Source of the DNA: Macrostomum lignano
Lineage: Eukaryota
Reading direction: 5' to 3'
Assembly: GCA_002269645.1 (NCBI GenBank)
Contig: NIVC01002157.1
Span: 1 to 64,000 of the forward strand
DNA: 64,000 nt
Shown here piece after piece: positions 1 to 10,633 of this stretch; positions within the stretch are counted from its first letter, which is position 1, and the number at the start of each line of letters is the position of its first letter. The notes beneath the pieces were generated by a model that saw only the letters and a list, made by a program, of their open reading frames with translations, made no database searches and was not told the origin of the DNA. Position numbers and translations under genes: made by a program.

Positions 1-2423
1 TGTAATAAACCGACTAATGGGGTTGATCATGGATTGGGAGATCTGTCGGGCGACCTCCTGGTGCATGGTTCCTATCTGGAAAAATGTTTTTACTAGAGTG
101 ACTGACTGCGTTTGAGATCCAATTCAACATATTTTAGATATAAAACACTGCTAGACACAATCCAACACTGCTTAGACCTAATGCAACACAGTTCAGTTCT
201 TTGAGTCATTTAACTCATAACTCAGATTCAAAGTCAGATAACAAGTTCGGTAAGCTCACCTCCTCAATATAATCGGCCAGCATAGGAAAAGTTGTTACCA
301 GACAAGAATTCTTCTTCTCCAAAGGAAACTTCTGGAATAAAAAGGAAAAAGTCCATCAGTTTTTCTAGCAATTTAGACAGAGGCAACGAGGTCAAATCTT
401 GGGAAAAAATCAATATGATCAAGCCTGCATACCATGCTACCATACTTCTTCATCAGAGCTGCCAGTCCATGAGATGCAGCTGCCAAAGCCTGTTGAGCAG
501 CCTGGATTTTCTCGCAGTAGCCATGAAATTCATAGGCAAATTGCCTAAGCATTTGTGCATCTTCTTCATAGATCGAAAGCACTGACTGAGTCTACAATGG
601 AATTCAAATTATTTTTTTTAGAAAGTGGCCATTCAAATATATAAAATAATAAAAATTCTTTGCATAGACTAAGACTAGTTAGAATTTTATTAGCTTATGA
701 CTAAGGATAATTGTTCTAGGTCTTTTCTCAAGTGCTCAAGGATTCTATGTGTGCAGGGCGATCTATATTTTTACGATTTGATGCTTTTAAATTCGTGCCA
801 AAATACTAAGCAAACGATTTGTTATAATGTACATGTTTTCCAAAATATTTTCGCAAATTAATTTTTGTTTAAAACTACGGAATAATTTAGTATAAATAGA
901 CGTGATCTGGGCCGAGAGAGAGCAACTTGCCTTCGTGCAGTTCCTATGAAAGGAGTAAGCATATAAAGAAAGGAGTGTTACGAATAATTATAAGAGGAGC
1001 CGTTTTCCGAGTCATTCATTTGCAGACATAAAAGCAAAATAGACTGAAGCGTATACAGTATATACTATTGAGAAGCAGCAGCATTGAGTAGTAAGAGAAT
1101 ACAAAGTAGTTCCTAAGTAATAAGTGTAAGAATAACCGGAGGCTGTGACCCTCTGATCTTGGTAACGCCCAAGGACTTGCAAAGTACATGAAATACATAT
1201 ACCAGTATAGCCAATAGACCACTCAGGCCAGAATAATAATAAAAGCTACCAGAACAATAGTAAACGCTACTGGAATAACAAGAGAACGATAACAATTGTA
1301 AGGGCTAAATAATATTCTAAGAACAAAATACTCAGACTAAATACTCAGACTAAATACTCAGACTAAATACTCAGACTAAATACTCAGACTAACTACTAAA
1401 GATATATACTCAGATCTATTCTAAAAAACATTTCTTGGATTATTCTAAGATTGATAAACTCATAATTTATTAATAGGATAATCCTGGTGGCAGCTACCAA
1501 CTTAAAAAATTAGTTTAGCCCTTTGACAACTTGGTGGCAGCTAGTAAGGCTAAACAAAATAATAATTAAGACCCCTGAGACAGCTTTTGGTAACAACAGT
1601 GGGATATTATTAAGAAGGAAGAATCACCCCTGTTACATATGATATTTTGCTCATTTATGTTGTTCTATTATTTTCTATTAATTAAGCTCCATTTATTAAA
1701 TAAATCTATTTTAAACTTGCACTTAAGCACAAAAAGTTTAACAACCTATAAATGAAATTTAATAAATCAAAACAAAGAACATTGAATATTTATTAAACTA
1801 TTTTAAAGTGTTAAAAATTAGCTTATAATTTTTTTAAAATTAAGATAAACTATATTTTGTTTAATATACAAATCTTACAATAAATTTCTTAATCAGTTAA
1901 CTAATTTAACAACAAAAGTTATCAATAGGACTAATAGGGGGGATTCCCATTTTTCTGGCAATTTTTGTTGCTACATTAGACCAGAATAAAGCAAATATAT
2001 GCAAAATATAAAAACAAGATATAACTATCTATTGTGCATCTCTCTAACAAAAACCAAGTTGCCAGCCCTTCATATTTCTAGTATATTCAACCTTTACCAG
2101 TGTAAAAATGCCAAAACGGTTGGTAGCTCTAACTATTGATAACATAATTTATTATTGACAATATTGACTATAAAAGAAACATTAAAAAATAAAAACAGTA
2201 GCCAAATGTAAAATGTTATGAAGGAACACATATGAAATTTACTGAATGGCCCAAAAGATCATATTTGTATTTATTATAAAATATGCAATAAGCTTCAAAT
2301 CATTAGTCATGAATGAAGTCATAAAATAAAAAAATGGCTTCTAAAATCAAAAGTAAAATCACTTTGACTTACCTTGGGACTATCATGAATTGCTTCCTCT
2401 AATGTAAGCTTCCTTGGAGCCAT
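1..2423 (-). CDS. APPL1: APPL1/DIP13-like adaptor (N-terminal BAR domain), first four coding exons; gene runs off the window start
   Basis: Exons 2423-2373 (MAPRKLTLEEAIHDSPK|GTAAGT), 591-433 (TQSVLSIYEEDAQMLRQF...AAQQALAAASHGLAALMKKYGSM|GTATGC), 331-260 (KFPLEKKNSCLVTTFPMLADYIEE|GTGAGC) and 75-<1 (IGTMHQEVARQISQSMINPISRF). All are phase 0 with GT-AG ends. They align by eye to the human APPL1 N-terminus (KLPIEETLEDSPQ TRSLLGVFEEDA...KEYEKQ RFPL...KVIDE). Confidence 0.85.
880..1560 (+). mobile_element. Degenerate dispersed repeat (solo-LTR-like) in APPL intron 1; inverted paralog at about 18760-19430
   Basis: Shares GTATAAATAGA, GAGGCTGTGACCCTCTGATCT, CTCAGGCCAGAATAATA and GTGGCAGCTACCAAC with the reverse complement of 18760-19430. 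Contains a 13-bp AAATACTCAGACT x5 expansion (1326-1392). Confidence 0.6.
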
Positions 2424-3971
2424 TATGTTTTTTCAGATTTATTAGGCAGAAAAATTCAGTCAAGCGCACACCAGTTTATTATTTACTTTCCTGTTGCATG
2501 TAGCAGAAACTCATAAAAGCATAAAGAATAAAAGGTTCCTCAGAACTGTCGAGGAGTCGGTTTCTGGGAAAATTGATATATTGAAATTTCGCTACTGGGA
2601 GTCCTTGATCCTGAACCTGTTAAAACAAATGGGCGCTAAGATCATCACGAGCTTGCTGCAATATGAATAATTGACTTTCTCCAATCAAAAACGAAAAAAA
2701 CTTGAGTTATTATATGCATACTTCTTGAATATACTATGAATTATTATGATGTGCCTATATATTTCTTTCGATGTAGTCGATTTTATAAAAAAACAGATGG
2801 CTAAACTGATTTTTACACAACTTTCACCAAACATGCCTAGCCAGTGTAGATCAGAAATTATTTAGCAACATACGATACAATGTAACTGTACTGTCTTGGC
2901 TAGTAGACTGCTTTTTGAAGGACTATGCTAAAAACGGTTATCGATTCTAGTCAGTTTGCTCCGGAAGCTTGTTTAGTCTTCCATAGCTTGATTATATTTC
3001 CAAGGATTATACCAAGGTATATTTATTTGGTATATTTATACCAAGCAATAAATGATAAGTCTCTGAGCAGAGCAAGCAAGGCTATATTTGGATGAGACAA
3101 TGCCTAGAATGTGCAGCGTTTTTTTAGTGCTGGTCGAACTAACACTCCGATAACTAGGAAACATGAATAGCTTTTTCCTTCAGTTAGCTTCAGAGCTTGG
3201 TGTGAGGGGGGGCAAAGCTATTCAGGTATGCAGGTACATGTACCTACCTTAATCACTGCCATAGACCATTTTTGTTTTCTATAAACAAATGGCATCAAGT
3301 CAAGAACAACTATCATCTGTCAGCTTTGCAGCTACATTTAATTCTATTTAATTATTAGAATTATGCAATATAAATAATAACATTCAACATTATCGTGTGT
3401 ATTTTAAAACAATATGAATGAACATTAAAAAGAAAATAATGTAGTCAATTTGAGAGACAATATCAGAATTGTTAAATGAACAGCAATAATCTATTCCCAA
3501 TAGTAACTGAAGACATTGGAAGCGATTGAATGCCAGCTGTAGAAGCGCAGACTAAATTAAAAACAAAAAACATGAAAACTTGGATAATACTGCTTATGAG
3601 TAGCATCTATAGCATACAAAAATGTTTAGTATATTGCAAAAGGCATGTTGGTAAATACGAGAGAGTGAATAGACGAAAGTGCAAAAATGAGTGAATTGCA
3701 ACAATATAACTGGAAATCAATTTCTAGCAAAGCATTTAATTCTAGCTTTATATCGTATTAAAGAAAGCAACAGAGTAAACAATCACAAAGACTATAAAAG
3801 AGCTAGCTGAGAAATTAAACATATCCGTACAGTGAAAGCATAGGCTAGCTTTGCTATATATAATGCATATAAAGCGGATTTAAAGTGTTTGCCACTGAAT
3901 ATGAAATAAAATGAGGCACAATGAGCCTGAGAGCCCAGACGAGGATTAGAAGGCTAAGTGACTATAAAAAG

Positions 3972-4243
3972 AGGGGGTTGTAGCCTAGTGGTTAGAGCGT
4001 CGGACTCCCGACTGGAAGGTAAGGGGTTCGATTCTCGGCTCACTCAGAACAATTTGTGTCCTTGAGCAAGACACTTTAGCTGTAAAATGGGTGGCAGTAT
4101 TAGCTAGGTTATTAAATGAGGGTGTGTGTGGCGACCCCCAGTCCTTGGACTGAACAGCCGTACGCAGCCTTCAGGCTGCGGCTGAGCTGTCGGTTGCATA
4201 TCTGCCCATTAGGGCAGGTTTAACCAATTATTATTATTATTAT
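3972..4243 (+). mobile_element. Full-length tRNA-derived SINE with (ATT)n tail and 13-bp TSD
   Basis: A-box TAGCCTAGTGG, B-box GGTTCGATTC, central hairpin GTGTCCTTGAGCAAGACAC, 3' stem-loop CTGCCCATTAGGGCAG and (ATT)n tail. TSD TGACTATAAAAAG at 3959-3971 and 4244-4256. Confidence 0.9.
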
Positions 4244-4469
4244 TGACTATAAAAAGTTGGATATCTGTCAACTTAGGCAGCCTACAGTTGTTTAAATATG
4301 GGTTGAATGATAATCACGAGAGGCCTCTGGGAAACCCTGGTGCTAAGAGACAGTTCAGAGACAGACAGAGAGAGCGGAGAACACGTGACTAGAAATCGTG
4401 GTCCATAGTGTCAACAAACAGACTAAACTTTTAAAAGGCAAAAAAACCCACCAATATCTGTAACGCCTG

Positions 4470-7400
4470 CTACTCATCAATAAATAGATCCTCTGTAGGA
4501 TGACAGAACGCCATGTACTCATTGTAGAACCTGGCGTAGGCAGCCTGCACAGCCGACACTAAGCTGGCCAGCTGTTGGCAGGCGCCAGTGAACACGTGAG
4601 CAGCGGCCAGACGGCGCTCCAGTCTAGGATGCCGGGTGACGAAAGCGGCAACCGCTGGCAGAGTTGGATGGACGCAGCACAGGGACACATTGCGCATGCT
4701 GAAGTAATAGCTGAACTGTTCGGCAGTGGGCTGTAATACAAATTTAAATTTTTTTGGAAAAGTTTTTGTTTGTAAAAAATTTATTTAACTATCAACCCTT
4801 GCTACTTATCAGTAGGCGATTTGGAATATTATATTCAACATCTAACAGAGGAATTTTAAAAAGCCACAAGTTATGGATGATAAAATTGACGTCTTTGGAG
4901 GGTCGCCACACACACTCTCAATTACCCCAGCTAATGCTGGCACCCATTTTACAGCTGGGTGAATTGAAGCAATGCGTCTTAAGCGTCTTGCTCAAGGACA
5001 CAAACAGTGGGATCGGGAATCGAACCCCCGACCTTCAAGTCGTAAGTCCAACGCTCTAACCACTAGGCTACAACCCCCTGCCTAAAACCCCCTTAGAAAA
5101 CACTGAGCAAGTTGTCCATGCTTACTTTTGTTTAACAAACGAGTACTAAAAAGTTACAAAAATTAAAAAAACAATTTGAATGATAAAAGTACAGCCGCAT
5201 TTTATCAGCCTACCTACTGACTTAAAAAACGCAACCTTAGCTACGCATCTGTAATACCTGCTGCAAACAGCAGTGACTGTCACGTGACTGCCGCTTTAAT
5301 GCCCGCTTATTGACAAGATCGGCGGCGCCCGTAGACGCTGCCAGACAGGGCGAGGACAGACGGCGCAGCAGCTGCGTCAGCAGCGGTGGCGCCGTTTTCT
5401 GGCGATGCTTTGCCGTAAAATTTGCATCGCCCTGTTGCGGCTGCTGTTGCTTGAGCGAAGAAAAAAGCAGACAACTTTAGATTTTAGCGCACATAATAAC
5501 AGATGAAAAAATAGGTTAGCAAAAGCGCTACACTACTCACATAAGCATTGCAAGTAGGCGAGAAGCGTTTTGTAATACAATTTATGCATTTGGAACGACA
5601 AGAAGGGCATCTTACCTCGCCAGTTAAACAGCTGCTAGACATTCTAATGCCGTAGGTGCTCACTACCACACTGCAGTTGGAGCCACTGCGACCTGATTGG
5701 CTGCTGAGCACCTTGAAATGAGTAAATACGAGTATCAATAGTATGTGCATTAGCATAACTGCTTGATGAGGGACAAAAATCTGTTTTCTTTTTTGATTAA
5801 ATAAATGAAATGACGCTCAGTTAAGTGAAATGGCGCCCAGTTAAATGAAAAAAGGCGCCTAGATAAATGAAATGGCGCCCAGTTAAATGAAATGGCACCT
5901 AGTTAAATGAAATGGAACCCAGTTAAGAAAATGAGTCCCTAGATTTCCTCACAAATGGCTCACAATGCTCACCCGATCCAAAGCCTTGGCCAGACGGGCC
6001 CGATCGACTCCGGCGGCCACTTCAACCGCGCCAACAAAATTTAAACCTGTGGCAACAAAATTGCCGCCGCTGCCGCCAACGCCGCCTTCAGGTTCGGCAA
6101 CGACAGCGGCGGAAGCGACAACAGTCGTTGGCGGACTCGACAATGTCGACAAGGTCAACGACGACGAGGACGACGACGAAGGCGGCGGCGGCGGCGATAT
6201 GGCGGGAGCCGGCGGCAGTAGTGACTGACTGTCGCCAGTGCAGCTGGGCTTGGCGGCAGATGCCAACGGCAGAGGGAAGACGCCGCGCTCTCTAGTGCGC
6301 AGATTGACCCCGGCAGCCCAGCCGTCTGGGTCGACACGTAGCACAACAATAGGATCGCCTTCGACTAGAGCCAGCTGGTCCGGATGGCGCGGGCAGAACC
6401 GGTGGGCTGCCCGATGCGACGGGGTCGGCGTTGGCGACGGCTGAGCAGTCTGGGAGTCGCTGACAGACCAGATTGCCTCCCATTCGGCTGATTTGTAGAA
6501 TGAGCGGCCGGCTGCTTTGGAGTTTATAAATTATTTATATTTAATTATACTGCCAATATTTTTACGGCATACTGTATGCTTTGCTCCATCCCTGCTAACC
6601 TAACCACTTTCTGAAACACTTCTTAGCACAGTTGTCAACTCTTTTCGCGAGCGTCTACTCTTTTTCAGTAGTTCATCTGCGCATCATCCCTTAAATTTTA
6701 ATTTGGCAGCTAAAAGTTTCTTTTTTCCTCGGGTTTTGTGGCCTCAAGAGCAAATGGGGTTAAGCAGGAACAAAATGACCCGTTAGAAAAGTTATACACC
6801 TGCAGAGGCATAAAAAGTGAACGAGGTGCACAAAAGAGGCAATTTGATGTCCTATTTCGTGCATGTTTTGGAAATGCACCTGAGTGCACCTTTTATGCCT
6901 AAATGTCACCAATATTTTTGAAGAGGCATGAAAAGTGTAAAATCGGTGAAGTGGTCAGGCAGTAGGTGAATTCTCAATTTTGATTGGTTGCGGCGTTAGG
7001 AGCAGTAAAGGTGTGTAAGGGGCACTGGAGGTGCGCAAAAGGTGAACAGCAGGCTCATAAGTGAGGCACAGCAGGTGCACGGGAGGTGCAGAAGGGGCAC
7101 AGAAAGTGCATGAAAGGTGAATCAGAGGTGGGTGTACATGATTCTAATTAAACTACTTCTTTCAAAAGACAATTAAGTCACGGAATAAATAGGTGCGCGT
7201 ACATGTGCATTTCCAAAACAAGCACGAAATAGGCCACTAAGGTGCCTCTTTTGTGCACCTTGCTCACCCTTTATGCCTACGCGGTTGCATAACTTTTCCA
7301 ATGGGAATTAGTAATAAAAATTAACTGTAAGTTACATACTCGCATATTGCAGGCACATTAAACATAGAAAAGCTTTATTTACACCTATACTAATCGCTGC

Positions 7401-8704
7401 TATCCCTTCCTGATTCTGGCCAACCGCGATAGTAAACATTCCCTATACTGATAAGTTGCAATGACTTTCAAATACTGAGGAAAAGTTCCGAAAAGCGGTG
7501 AAAAGTTTTGCATCAGTGTGGAAAAGTTTCGATTCTTTCCAAAGAATAGTGAGGAAAAGTAGCAAAGAATTTTCGCAAGTTGGAATGCCCCTTTCATTGC
7601 TTCTACACCTAAAGTGCCCACTGTGCACCTTTTGTTCACCTTTTGTGCCTCCAATGCACACTGTACACCTTTTATGCACCTCCACCGCGGCGCACCTTTT
7701 GTTCACCTTTTACTCCACCAATACCCCCAATTCCTACTCTGTTCACCTTTTGTGCCTCCAATGCACACTGTGCACCTTTAATGCACCTAACTCCCCTATG
7801 ACACTTGTGCCCCTACCGCCTATTTCATGCCTTAAATTCACCTTTTGACCCTGCAGAGGCACTGAGGTGAACACGCGGTGCACAGTGGAACAAAATAGGC
7901 ATAAGAGAGGCGAAAGTGAGGCAGAAGGTGCAAAACTCTTCACCTTTTATGCCTACTTTAGAAAATCAAAATCCAACGGGTGAACGTAATACAGACGAAA
8001 CTCAGCCTAGGGAGCAGGCAGGCCTAATATAGCTCAGCCAATGACAGAGCAGTAAGAAGAGAGGTCAAAGTTTGACGGTCGAAACTCAGCCTAGGTGGAC
8101 AGACCCCATCTAGCTCAGCCAATGAGAGAGGAGTAAGGACTCGCTTTAGTATTTTGTTATAAAGTCAGACACAAGCGGGCAAGAGGAAATCCTTAAACTG
8201 TTTTACGGGCCTGGCTGGAGGGCTGGAGCGCCAACCCTTTTCACTCTGCTCTTTATGCACACGCATTGGATTTGGGTGCAGCTGCCAACAGGATGAATAC
8301 TCGTAAGCTAATTGAATGTGTTCGCTTTAAGGACAAAAAGCCTGTGGCGAATCTTGCAACTCAGACACTAAAATATCTATCTATTTTTATTTTAGTATCT
8401 GTGATCACGACAGATCAACTTCAATTTTGACACCCTCTATTTTTTCCAAGCTGGAATTTGACAAACGGCGCCTGGAACCCCGCCGATAAAAAAACAAAAC
8501 TAAGTTTATTTTTTTCTACATTTCAATATTACCTTCCGGAGACTTCTGTTCAGAGCCAGCCAGATCTTCGCCAACTCTACTACACACCGGCATGCTGACT
8601 GGCCTAGACGGTGTGCTGCTCATAAAACTGCGCAGCGATTGGCTGACGCTAGTATGACGCAACAGTACAGAATCCACCACTTTGGACGATACTTCGTGCT
8701 CCAT
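4470..8704 (-). CDS. MAPK8IP1: JNK-interacting protein 1/2 (JIP1/Aplip1)-like scaffold: D-motif, SH3, PTB and C-terminal kinesin-light-chain-binding tail
   Basis: Exons (8704, or further 5' to about 8854-8881)-8533, 6514-5973, 5711-5616, 5449-5258 and 4730-4470, with consistent phases (1,0,0,0). SH3: SHRAAHRFCPRHPDQLALVEGDPIVV...WAAGVNLRTRERGVFP. PTB: NFVGAVEV...YYFSMRNVSLCCVHP...AFVTRHP...AHVF. Tail: YMAFCHPTEDLFIDE* (human YTCPTEDIYLE*). JIP-type D-motif RPVSMPV. The start codon is uncertain. Confidence 0.88.
4898..5078 (-). mobile_element. tRNA-derived SINE copy (3'-truncated) in the last JIP1 intron
   Basis: Reverse complement of the 3972-4243 head and body (GTCTTGCTCAAGGACACA, GAATCGAACCCC, CTCTAACCACTAGGCTACAACCCC). 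Confidence 0.85.
5815..5930. repeat. 20-bp minisatellite in a JIP1 intron
   Basis: About 5-6 copies of GTTAAATGAAATGGCGCCCA. Confidence 0.8.
6799..7285. mobile_element. Foldback/MITE-like element with inverted arms of about 72 bp; related GCACCTTTT/AAAAGGTGCA arrays continue to about 7950
   Basis: 6807-6879 (GGCATAAAAAGTGAACGAGGTGCACAAAAGAGGC...TATTTCGTGCATGTTTTGGAAATGCAC) is the reverse complement of 7205-7277 with few mismatches. Confidence 0.7.
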
Positions 8705-9352
8705 TTCGTCTAAGCAGTGCCGACAAGGTCTGGCATCAGCTAAGCTTGTACAATCGGCCGCCGGGCTCAACTCAGTCAGCTGATAGAATTGGCGCTGACA
8801 TCCGGTACAGGTGCGGATAGTGCCGCTGTGGCCTGACGCCTGCTGCTGCTGCTGCTGCGGGGGCCGTTGTTTAGTATTTTGTTAAATTCAACTTTGACTA
8901 CTGCAAGTAGGCTTACTAGATGATTAGTTCGGGCTGTTCCACCTCTCATACTCCTTCGGCGACATTGACCGCTGAGCACATACAAGAGCGCGGACACGCT
9001 CACACAGGGTGTACAGCGGTCCGGACTTTCTAATTGTCAGGCATGTACACTCTCTGTGTCTTTGGGGTTGGCCCTAATAGGTGTGAATCGAACGTGCGTT
9101 TATAATCTCCAACATATAGAAGCTGATGGGATGGCTGGCAGTGGAAGAAAAATTAATACAACTCAAAAAGGCAATTTTTCATGCAAAAAAGTTTTAGACA
9201 GTCACAATTTTATTACTTTCTTGACAAGGTCTCCGGGAAGTGAGGCAATTTGAATCCAACAAAGTGCGCTAAATATAAAATGCTCCTGTTGCCTACTAAC
9301 AGTAGGATAAAAACACCAATTTAATTAAGCTAAACTATTCCACTTGTAATCT

Positions 9353-10602
9353 TCAGTTTCGCCACAGCTTCAATTCGCGATCCTTCCCTCCGCTGGCCAC
9401 TTTCTGGCCGTCGGGCGACCAATCGACTGCGTAAACTTCGTCAGCGTGGCCGGGCAAATCGTTCACAGGCTTTAAACGATTCTTGCCGCCAGCAGCGCCA
9501 ATGTCCCACAGCTTTAGGGTGCTGTCGGCGCTAGACGATACCAATAGGCGGCTGTCGGCCGACCAGGCCACCTGGTAGACTCGGCCAACATGGCCAAGCA
9601 GGGTGGCCAAGAATTTGCCTGTCCGGCCGTCCCACAATCGGACAGATTTATCAAAACTGGCGCTAGCCAATAAGCGGCCGTCCGGGCTAAATCGGACATC
9701 GTTGACCAGCTGCAGGTGGCCGGTTAGGCGGGCCACGGGCCGCTTGTCGGTCTCCGGGGTCCACAGCGTTAGCGTGAAATCGTCGCTCCCTGATACGAGG
9801 CGTTCCGGCTGGTCGCGTCTGGGATGGGCGGGAGAATGAAGGGTAAAGTACTTGGTTCTTAGCCAATGGGATGGGGAGCATTATATAATGAGATCGGGAG
9901 TATTATCCAATGAGATCGGGAGCATTATCCAATGAGATCGGGAGCATTATCCAATGAGATCGGGAGCATTATCCAATGAGATCGGGAGCATTATCCAATG
10001 AGATCGGGAGCATTATCCAATGAGATCGGGAGTATTATCCAATGAGATCGGGAGCATTATCCAATGAGATCGGGAGCATTATCCAATGAGATCGGGAGCA
10101 TTATCCAATGAGATCGGGGGCATTATATAATCACACTAAGAACCCTAGCAAACTGCATGGAGACTAAACATGATGCTAAGGAAGCCGTAGTCTTCTATTG
10201 TCTAATTGCCTAACCTGGCAGCCTCGTAGACTCGCCGGGCCCGTTCGCACAGCTCAGTTCTTGGCGCGCCAATCTCCGGTGCCGGCTTGCCAGGCTCGTT
10301 AGCACCAAGCCGCATAGCGTAGTCCGTACTGAGCGCCAGAGTGTTCACCCAGTGCGCGTGCTGCTGCAGGGTGCGGCACAGGGCGCCGTCGTCAGCGCGC
10401 CAAACTCGGACTGTCCGATCCCGGCTGCCCGTGTACAGCAGGTCGGTGCCGCCCCAGCGCACCTGTGCAATGGGATGGAGGGTGAGGGTTTTCAAGTATA
10501 TTGCCTGGACCACGATTTTAATTTATTCATTTTTGATAGTGTCTAAAACTTAGGCATTTGAACATTTGCTTATCAATCTGCCTTCCTACTGTCCTGTCTT
10601 AG

Positions 10603-10633
<31 letters not shown>

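Noticed and set aside
292-585. Plus-strand 97-aa ORF and other antisense ORFs over APPL, JIP1, NLE1, UBE2O and the LINE
   Set aside because: Shadows of real minus- or plus-strand coding exons.
3972-4045. tRNA gene (also 5000-5078, 29920-29981, 63331-63360, 34535-34600)
   Set aside because: A/B boxes run into a shared SINE body with a tail and TSD, and no complete acceptor stem forms. The 34.5-kb copy is too degenerate to call.
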